DNA from: Candidatus Parvarchaeota archaeon
Lineage (GTDB): Archaea; Nanobdellota; Nanobdellia; Parvarchaeales; Parvarchaeaceae
Direction: 5' to 3'
Assembly: GCA_025920305.1 (NCBI GenBank)
Contig: JAPDMB010000002.1
Coordinates: 1-33,024 of the forward strand
DNA length: 33,024 bases
Position 1 is the first letter of the stretch. Every line of letters starts with the position of its first letter. The position numbers and the translations under genes were made by a program. Shown piece by piece: positions 26,688-33,024 of the stretch. Under the pieces are notes generated by a model. That model ran no database searches. It saw only the letters and a list, made by a program, of their open reading frames with translations, and had not been told where the DNA came from.

Positions 26688-27713
26688 ATGGAAGAAGATC
26701 CGTATAAAGTCCTAGGCATTAAACCTGGCGCTTCAGAGGAGGAGATAAAGAGGGCGTATAAGTCATTGGCGAAGAAGTATCATCCAGATCTGAATGCAGG
26801 GAACAAAGAAGCGGAGGAGAAATTTAAGAAGATAAACCAAGCTTATAGAGAGCTTACTAACCGAGGGAGCTCAGCCTCCGCCGGCGCAGGACCAGACTAC
26901 TCGAATGTGCATTTTGAGGATTTTGCAGATTTCTTCAACTTCGGAGGATTCGAAGATATATTCCGTGGTTTCGGCTTTGAGGAAGAGGCCGGAAACGACC
27001 TGCGTGTGGACGTGAATCTTACCCTGGAGGAGCTCTTCAAAGCCGGGAGCAAGAGAATAGAGATCACTAGAAAGGTTCTATGCAGGGCATGTAATGGAAC
27101 TGGGGCGATGGAGAAGCATACTTGTCCAAAATGTAAAGGCACTGGCAGGGTGAGATCTACCACGAGGGGAATCGCTTCTTTGTTCGTGACTACAGTTACA
27201 TGTGACGTGTGTTCGGGGAGAGGGTATATAATTGATAAAGTTTGCGAAGTCTGCAGAGGAAGCGGCTTCGTTCAAAAGAGAGAGGAAATAACTATACCTA
27301 TACCGCGTGGTATATCAGATAATGATTATATCATAGTATCCGATAAAGGAGACCAGAGCAGACGTGGGACAAATGGCGATCTGCAGGTTGTATTTCATAT
27401 ACTCAAAGACAAATACTTCAAGGTAGAGGGAAAAAATCTGAGAACAGTACTGCATGTGGACATACGTGATCTCCTTGAGGGCAAACTCATAGAGATAGAC
27501 ACTCCCGGCGGAAAGGAGGAGGTAGACCTGATGAACAGCAGAGGCAAGCCGGTAATAATCAAAGGAAGAGGCTTGTTTGATAAAGGAGGCAGGAGGGGCG
27601 ATCTGCTCGTAGATATTGCGATAGAGATACCGGGAAAAGTCGGACGGAAAGAAATTTCGGAGCTGGATAAGCTACTGGGAGAAAGAATTGAGCCATTTAT
27701 ATCTGAAACCTGA
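26688..27713 (+). CDS. dnaJ: Co-chaperone DnaJ (type I: J domain, G/F region, four CxxCxGxG zinc motifs)
   Basis: DPYKVLGI...YHPD J domain; [24 protein letters not shown] and CEVCRGSG. Start set at the ATG at 26688 (the track uses TTG at 26679). Confidence 0.92.
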   Translation: MEEDPYKVLGIKPGASEEEIKRAYKSLAKKYHPDLNAGNKEAEEKFKKINQAYRELTNRGSSASAGAGPDYSNVHFEDFADFFNFGGFEDIFRGFGFEEEAGNDLRVDVNLTLEELFKAGSKRIEITRKVLCRACNGTGAMEKHTCPKCKGTGRVRSTTRGIASLFVTTVTCDVCSGRGYIIDKVCEVCRGSGFVQKREEITIPIPRGISDNDYIIVSDKGDQSRRGTNGDLQVVFHILKDKYFKVEGKNLRTVLHVDIRDLLEGKLIEIDTPGGKEEVDLMNSRGKPVIIKGRGLFDKGGRRGDLLVDIAIEIPGKVGRKEISELDKLLGERIEPFISET

Positions 27714-27721
27714 TATTGGAT

Positions 27722-28873
27722 ATGAAAAAACTTAGAATAGCGATCTACACGGATATTTATTTACCAAAAGAACATAACGGAGGCGGCCTCGAAACGTACA
27801 TAGACTCTATAAGGCAAGAATTGAGAAGGAGAGGGCATACTGTGTTTATCGTGACGTCTGGCCCTAAGATATTAAGAGAATATTACAAAGATGATAAAGA
27901 AATTATAGTTTTACCTGGCAGGAGGATTTATAGACCATACCCCTACTTTGGACTATACACAGGTATTTTTAAGGCGGATCCAAAGTTGGTGAAGATGAAG
28001 CCTGACGTTATACACATACAGACCCCATTCACCATAGGTCTGCTTGCGTTGAAGGTCGGCAAGAATCTTGGCATAAATTGCATAGCGACGTATCATGGTT
28101 TTTATACCTCAGATATGGCAATCGAATCATTCATCTCTAGAAAAAGGCTTATAATTAAGTCTGTCCAGCTCCTTGCAGCCAGATATATCAGGTGGTTTCA
28201 TAGCAAAGTAAAGGTTGTGATCTCTCCGTCCAATTTTATAAAGAAAGAATTGAATAGGATGGGTCTGAAGAATGTTATTGTTGTGCATGAAGGCATAGAT
28301 TTAGCTAGGTTCAAAAAAGGTACGTCTAAATCGAAAGCAAGGAAGCTCTTAGGTATAGGACAAAGAGATAAGGTGATGCTTCATCTAGGCAGGGTCAGCC
28401 TGGAAAAGAATTTGGACCTTTTCATTAAAGCAGCAAAAGAATTGGAGAGATACGGAGTCAAAAGCATAATCGTGGGTGCTGGCAAAGATTTAGAGCACTA
28501 TAAAAAACTTAGCAGGGAGCTTGGGATAAAGTCTATCAAATTTGCCGGTTTTGTGGACGAAGATAAGAAGGTTTTATATTACAAAGCAGCGGATGTTTTC
28601 TGCTTCCCGTCTAATTTTGAGACGCAGGGTTTAGTCGCTGTTGAAGCGATGGCCTCTGGCCTACCGGTCGTAGCACCTGAGGGCACCGCGCAGGCCGAGA
28701 TGATAAAACCAGGTTTGAACGGAGAGGTCTTCAAGAAGGATGATCTGAAGGACTTATTAAGGAAGATAAGGAAAGTTCTAAGCAATGGAAGCTCTTATGC
28801 GGCGGAAAGGTCAATAGAGGATTTTGATATAAAGAGGCATGTATCAAAGTTATTGAAGATATACATGTCTTAA
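27722..28873 (+). CDS. Glycosyltransferase family 4 (GT-B, group 1)
   Basis: C-terminal FPSNFETQGLVAVEAMASGLPVVA (E-x7-E region) and N-terminal IAIYTDIYLP...GG. ATG at 27722, only 8 nt after the dnaJ stop. Confidence 0.85.
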   Translation: MKKLRIAIYTDIYLPKEHNGGGLETYIDSIRQELRRRGHTVFIVTSGPKILREYYKDDKEIIVLPGRRIYRPYPYFGLYTGIFKADPKLVKMKPDVIHIQTPFTIGLLALKVGKNLGINCIATYHGFYTSDMAIESFISRKRLIIKSVQLLAARYIRWFHSKVKVVISPSNFIKKELNRMGLKNVIVVHEGIDLARFKKGTSKSKARKLLGIGQRDKVMLHLGRVSLEKNLDLFIKAAKELERYGVKSIIVGAGKDLEHYKKLSRELGIKSIKFAGFVDEDKKVLYYKAADVFCFPSNFETQGLVAVEAMASGLPVVAPEGTAQAEMIKPGLNGEVFKKDDLKDLLRKIRKVLSNGSSYAAERSIEDFDIKRHVSKLLKIYMS

Positions 28874-29628
28874 TCGATGACCTTCCCCTTTCTGATCGCT
28901 TTGAAATCCCACTTAAATCTATTGTGAATCGCTATGGGTATGGCCGGCGTTAGATACATCAAACAGGATTTTAGTATGCCTTCGGCTGCAAGCCTCCTAT
29001 AGGACATTTGAGCGGTGTTTTCAACGATTTTAAATTTTCCGAGTTTCCTAAGTCTTGGATAAAATTCCCAATTCTCATCCACATCTATGTCCTCATTGAA
29101 CAGCCCGGCTTTAATCAGCGCCTTTCTCCTTATGAAGACACATCCGTATGCGAAAGGAGTGGCTGTATAGTAGCTTGCTCTCTTGAGATACATCACTAGT
29201 TTGTTGAAAGCTATGAACTTCTTGCGCTCCTTCTTCGGAATGTCCTTGCTTCTCACAGTTATAGTCGGCTCTATGCAGACTATGTTTGGATCACTGTCGA
29301 AATCTTTGATTATGCGCTCGAACAGTTTAGAGGACAAGATATAGTCCGCATCCACCAGCGCGACTATGTCGCCTTTAGAGGCTTTTATGCCGCGATTATA
29401 CGCAGATGCTACATTTTTCTTAGGCATTTTCACCACCTTAGCCCCATATTTTTTGAGGATACTCACGGTTCTATCCTTTGAGTACGAATCAACTCCTAAG
29501 ATCTCGTAATCTGCGTAGCTCTGCTTTTTTATCGATTTAAGCAGATCTCCGACGTAGTACTCTTCATTGTATGTAGGTATCACAACCGTGATCCGCGGCT
29601 TCATGATCTTCTTTTTCTTTGATTTCAT
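28870..29628 (-). CDS. Glycosyltransferase family 2
   Basis: ITVVIPTYNEE and ALVDADY (DxD), GT-A fold pattern. Its stop codon overlaps the GT4 stop (shared TTAA at 28870-28873). Confidence 0.85.
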   Translation of the reverse strand: MKSKKKKIMKPRITVVIPTYNEEYYVGDLLKSIKKQSYADYEILGVDSYSKDRTVSILKKYGAKVVKMPKKNVASAYNRGIKASKGDIVALVDADYILSSKLFERIIKDFDSDPNIVCIEPTITVRSKDIPKKERKKFIAFNKLVMYLKRASYYTATPFAYGCVFIRRKALIKAGLFNEDIDVDENWEFYPRLRKLGKFKIVENTAQMSYRRLAAEGILKSCLMYLTPAIPIAIHNRFKWDFKAIRKGKVID

Positions 29629-29650
29629 AAAGTTTAAATGAAAGTATCAT

Positions 29651-29659
29651 CTTATAAAG
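29651..29659 (-). promoter_or_regulatory. TATA-like box (ctttataag on minus strand) for the GT2 gene
   Basis: Centred 27 nt upstream of the ATG at 29628, within a divergent promoter region. Confidence 0.35.
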
Positions 29660-29676
29660 ATAATCGTCAAGTAATG

Positions 29677-29684
29677 TTTATAAA
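29677..29684 (+). promoter_or_regulatory. TATA box (tttataaa) for the membrane glycoprotein gene
   Basis: Centred about 27 nt upstream of the ATG at 29707. Confidence 0.4.
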
Positions 29685-29706
29685 CTTCTATCTGCTCTTA
29701 TAACTA

Positions 29707-31122
29707 ATGAAAAATATACTCATATTGAGCGCATTGGTTGCGGTTTTCTTCATAAGTGTTGGCTTGGCTAATGCGATTGAGATATCCCCAACGAGCACCA
29801 GCCTGATCAGCAACACTACAAACTTCTTAAACATCTCATTCTATAACCAGCAGAATTATACGGTATCTGTAAATCTGAACATTAACTCTGTCGATGCAAG
29901 ATACGGTGGATTTTTCTACAGCATAAGCGCTAGGCCATCCTCATTTATATTGTCACCTGGTCAGACTCAGAGGGTTTTGTTTTCGTTCTCTACGAGGGAT
30001 GTATTCTACTCAACGCCGACGCCCATAAACATATCATACACAGTGAATGGAACACCGCAGAGCTTTGTCCTAAATGCACCGATACTGCCTCATTCAACTA
30101 AACAGATATACTTCTACAACGTTTCTCTGCCCGCGGAAACCTATCCATATGAGAGCATACCGGTGAATCTTACGATAATAAACAGCTTGGACAGCACCGG
30201 TGTCGTTGTCCCGGTCAACTTCTCTCTTTTCTATGGAAATGGGACGCTGGCTCTCTCAGAGTATAAATCGTTCACGCTTACAAACTTGGGGATAAATTCG
30301 TACTCAGTTTACATCAGACCAAGTGCAATCTCGCCCCCAGGTACGTATACGTTGTCATCCTCGTTAAGCTATAACGGATTCGTATCGACCTTCTCAAGAA
30401 GCATAACGTTTCTTCGGTACTATAAGGTGGTGGTCTCAAGGTCTTCCAGCATAGGGATATTCGGAGGCACTTATTATCTGACTATAAGTAATGAAGGAAA
30501 TGCTCCCTCCAATATAACGAACTATACGCTTTCACCTGGTTCATTGAACAGCTTGCTGATGGTGTCTAAAGGCGCATCGATAGGTTCCGTTGCAGCCGGC
30601 GCCAACGGCCTTTATTCATCTCTAGGGGTGATCTCGCCCGGGCAAACCGTATCGCTTCATTATTCCGTGTCTTACGTGATAATTTACATCATCATACTGA
30701 TAATAATTATCGCTGTCATCCTATTCTTCTATTTCAATAGAAAGGTTGAGGTTGTGAAAGAGGTCGTGAAGCATGAAGCTTCCAGCGGCTTCATAGATGT
30801 AAAGATATCCATTAAGGTCAAAAACGTTTCGAATAAGGCGATAGAGAACATTGATCTGTTTGATATTACGCCGAAAAGTGCGCTCAAAGTCTCGATGATT
30901 GGGCCTAGAGAGGGGGTCATTCAGAAGACCGTAGATGGGCTTAAGCTCCTTTGGAAGGAGAATCGTCTAAATCCCGGCGATGAATTCATCGTCATGTACG
31001 AGTTGAAGAGCAAGATCGGAATAGTAGGAAGCGTACAATTAAATCCAGCTGTATGCAAATTTAAATTAAACGGCAATATTTATAAGAGGAAATCTAATTC
31101 TATAATATTAAATATACGCTGA
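29707..31122 (+). CDS. Membrane-anchored surface protein candidate (signal peptide, sequon-rich ectodomain, one TM segment, about 125-aa C-terminal beta domain)
   Basis: Signal peptide MKNILILSALVAVFFISVGLANA. Many N-x-S/T sequons, TM segment VIIYIIILIIIIAVILFFYF and a tail resembling DUF11/CARDB-like repeat domains (VKNVSNKAIENIDLFDITP...LLWKENRLNPGDEFIVMYELK). Confidence 0.5.
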   Translation: MKNILILSALVAVFFISVGLANAIEISPTSTSLISNTTNFLNISFYNQQNYTVSVNLNINSVDARYGGFFYSISARPSSFILSPGQTQRVLFSFSTRDVFYSTPTPINISYTVNGTPQSFVLNAPILPHSTKQIYFYNVSLPAETYPYESIPVNLTIINSLDSTGVVVPVNFSLFYGNGTLALSEYKSFTLTNLGINSYSVYIRPSAISPPGTYTLSSSLSYNGFVSTFSRSITFLRYYKVVVSRSSSIGIFGGTYYLTISNEGNAPSNITNYTLSPGSLNSLLMVSKGASIGSVAAGANGLYSSLGVISPGQTVSLHYSVSYVIIYIIILIIIIAVILFFYFNRKVEVVKEVVKHEASSGFIDVKISIKVKNVSNKAIENIDLFDITPKSALKVSMIGPREGVIQKTVDGLKLLWKENRLNPGDEFIVMYELKSKIGIVGSVQLNPAVCKFKLNGNIYKRKSNSIILNIR

Positions 31123-31195
31123 GCCCCGATAATCTAGCGGTCTAGGATACTGCCCTGTCACGGCATAAACGCGGGTCCGAATCCCGCTCGGGGCG
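31123..31195 (+). tRNA. tRNA-Asp (GTC)
   Basis: Hand-folded. Acceptor GCCCCGA/TCGGGGC, anticodon loop CTGTCAC (GTC at 31157-31159), T arm GCGGG-TCCGAAT-CCCGC, discriminator G. 73 nt with no encoded CCA. Confidence 0.8.
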
Positions 31196-31343
31196 GATGT
31201 ATCTAATAGCAGCTTTAAAATTGAAAAATGCGCCATTATCATTCCAGCGCCGGTTAGAGATTAAACATAGAGACGAAGACACAAAAATAAGAAATTTCCT
31301 GTTCAGGGCGAGCAGAGAGAGCCTGGCTCTACTCATTGAATTG

Positions 31344-31352
31344 TTATTTATT
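31344..31352 (+). promoter_or_regulatory. TATA-like box (ttatttatt) for glpK
   Basis: Centred about 26 nt upstream of the ATG at 31374. Confidence 0.35.
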
Positions 31353-31373
31353 CTAAAAGATGAATCATATCTA

Positions 31374-32855
31374 ATGAGCTCTAGATTTGTAGCGGCGATA
31401 GATCAAGGTACAACTGGAACTAGATGCGCAATTTTCAATGGATCAGGGAGACTAATCGGCTGGTCTTACAAAAGACATAGGCAGATATATCCAAGGGAGG
31501 GATTTGTTGAGCAGGACCCGATGGAGCTGATCAACAATGTAAGATCTGTTATCAAAGGAGCCATAAAAGATGCAAAGATAGAAGGAAAGCAGATCTCAGC
31601 TTTAGGCGTAGCGAATCAAAGGGAGACGGTAGTCGCATGGGATAAGCGGAGTGGGAGACCCCTCTACAACGCAATATCATGGCAGGATTCAAGAACAAAA
31701 TCTTTTATAGATGAACTGAGGGCGGACGAATTTTCTAAGACTATAAGCGGGAAGACGGGCCTAAGCATAAGCACTTACTTCTCCGCATCAAAGATAAGGT
31801 GGATGATCGATAACGTCCCCAAATTAAGAGATAAGATTAGAGATGGAGACGCTCTGGTCGGAAACGTAGACAGCTGGATGATCTGGAATTTGACCGGCAG
31901 GAGGTCATATGTTACAGACTACACGAATGCGTCTAGGACTATGCTTATGGACCTAAAGAAGCATAGATGGGATAGAGAGCTGCTGGAATTCTTCAAGATA
32001 CCGGAAGAGATCCTGCCAGAGATAAAAACCTCGCTTTCATCCGACGGGCTTGGCCATTTAATGGAGGCGGATCTGCCAGCCGCGCAAATAAACGCAGATC
32101 TAGGGGATCAGCAGGCCGCGCTGTTTGGGGAGAGATGTTTTTCGGAGGGAAACACGAAGATAACCTATGGAACAGGCAGCTTCATACTTCAAAATACTGG
32201 CAAGAAGGTCGTAAAGAATGGGAAAGGGTTGATATCTACATGCGCTTATGGGGAGATCGATGGATCGTGTAGATATGCTCTTGAGGGTTCCACTCAGGTC
32301 GCAGGCGAACTATTTGACTGGCTGATAAGTAAGCTTCGGATGTTTAAATCATTGAAGGATATTAAGCGGAATTTTGACAAAGACTATCAGTCTTCTGTGC
32401 ATATAGTTCCCGCTTTCAACGGCCTCTTCGCCCCCTATTGGGACGATTCAGCGAGAGGGCTGATAATCGGCTTGAACGGCAATTCTAATAAAAAGGATAT
32501 TGTAAGCGCAGCTTACAGGGCCGTATGCATGCAGGTGGATGATATAGTCAGCCTGCTCAAGCCTATAAAGGGGGACATAAAAGTCGACGGAGGCGTTTCA
32601 CGCGACGACGATATGATGCAGCTGCAGGCGGATCTGTTGGAGCGAAAACTGTTAAGATCCGAGATGCAGGAAGCTACTGCCTTCGGCGCAGCGCTGGCCG
32701 CAGGTCTATCATCCGATACTTGGTCGACTGAGGATATTAAGAGTTTCTATCCGGGTGGGAAGGTCTTTTATCCAAAGATGGATGATGAAAAAGTTGGTAA
32801 TATAAAGAGAGACTGGAAAAAAGCCGTTGAGAGATCGCTTCATTGGATTAGTTAA
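31374..32855 (+). CDS. glpK: Glycerol kinase
   Basis: FGGY kinase motifs AIDQGTTGTRCAIF, GDQQAALFG and TYGTGSF. Start set at the ATG at 31374 (MSSRFVAAIDQG). The ORF-track start at 31197 would abut the tRNA-Asp 3' end (31195) and cover the glpK promoter region. Confidence 0.9.
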   Translation: MSSRFVAAIDQGTTGTRCAIFNGSGRLIGWSYKRHRQIYPREGFVEQDPMELINNVRSVIKGAIKDAKIEGKQISALGVANQRETVVAWDKRSGRPLYNAISWQDSRTKSFIDELRADEFSKTISGKTGLSISTYFSASKIRWMIDNVPKLRDKIRDGDALVGNVDSWMIWNLTGRRSYVTDYTNASRTMLMDLKKHRWDRELLEFFKIPEEILPEIKTSLSSDGLGHLMEADLPAAQINADLGDQQAALFGERCFSEGNTKITYGTGSFILQNTGKKVVKNGKGLISTCAYGEIDGSCRYALEGSTQVAGELFDWLISKLRMFKSLKDIKRNFDKDYQSSVHIVPAFNGLFAPYWDDSARGLIIGLNGNSNKKDIVSAAYRAVCMQVDDIVSLLKPIKGDIKVDGGVSRDDDMMQLQADLLERKLLRSEMQEATAFGAALAAGLSSDTWSTEDIKSFYPGGKVFYPKMDDEKVGNIKRDWKKAVERSLHWIS

Positions 32856-32897
32856 TTTATAGTTACATTATAATAGTTAAGAGTTCAATGTAATAAC

Positions 32898-32906
32898 CTT
32901 TAAATA
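32898..32906 (+). promoter_or_regulatory. TATA box (ctttaaata) for the MFS gene
   Basis: Centred about 27 nt upstream of the ATG at 32929. Confidence 0.4.
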
Positions 32907-32928
32907 CTACTAACTTTTTATATTCCAC

Positions 32929-33024
32929 ATGCAAAAGCCACAAGAAGAGACGACGTACGTTCCAAAGCGTTCGATTGTAACCACTCTCTCTGCGATGGGC
33001 TATTTCCTAGACGGCTACGATTTA
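32929..33024 (+). CDS. MFS-type transporter, N-terminal 32 codons only (runs off the window end)
   Basis: My translation is MQKPQEETTYVPKRSIVTTLSAMGYFLDGYDL. G-x-F-x-D-x-YD at the start of TM1 is typical of MFS metabolite/phosphate:H+ symporters. Confidence 0.45.
   Translation, partial: MQKPQEETTYVPKRSIVTTLSAMGYFLDGYDL

Noticed and set aside
31197-31373. 59-codon N-terminal extension of the glycerol kinase ORF.
   Set aside because: It would start 1 nt after the tRNA-Asp 3' end (31195) and cover the glpK TATA box. The conserved FGGY N-terminus begins at the ATG at 31374.
23692-32876. An exact 10-mer ATTATAATAG occurs three times: 23692-23701, 23754-23763 and 32867-32876.
   Set aside because: It is a short palindromic A/T-rich word in A/T-rich intergenic DNA. 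It is most simply explained as TATA-like promoter sequence or chance, and the flanking sequence is not conserved between copies.

Overview
Very gene-dense, AT-rich archaeal chromosomal segment. Archaeal assignment rests on an archaeal-type 16S 5' end, r-proteins L21e/S4/S11/S13, RNAP subunits D/F/L, aIF-1A, an intron-containing tRNA-Trp and TATA boxes about 27 nt upstream of start codons. The 16S is divergent, the rRNA genes are unlinked, and genes are tightly packed with overlapping stops and starts. This suggests a small-genome lineage (DPANN/ARMAN-like, or possibly Thermoplasmata-like); that is inference only, since no database search was possible. Most content is housekeeping: gatC (partial), glnA, the S13-S4-S11-rpoD cluster, 5S rRNA, L21e-rpoF-DUF655, three tRNAs (Leu, Trp with intron, Asp), Fe/Mn SOD, aIF-1A, a stand-alone 16S rRNA, class II RNR, rpoL, signal peptidase, a glycogen-debranching-type enzyme, grpE-dnaK-dnaJ, two glycosyltransferases, two sequon-rich surface proteins, glpK and a partial MFS transporter. 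The best candidate for an undescribed system is a translationally coupled, leaderless four-gene minus-strand operon (1697-5354). It encodes two PaaK/F390-synthetase-like adenylate-forming enzymes flanking a single-domain KaiC-like ATPase and a V4R ligand-binding protein. Secondary candidates are an orphan two-gene cassette (14584-16229) with no recognisable domains and a small SecB-like ORF in front of the Hsp70 operon. RNA-level oddities include a 16S followed directly by nrdJ, decoding-centre substitutions, a 5S fused to the S13 promoter, tRNAs abutting stop codons, an apparent A34 tRNA-Leu and a relaxed-BHB tRNA-Trp intron. No CRISPR array, transposase, integrase or obvious prophage was seen.
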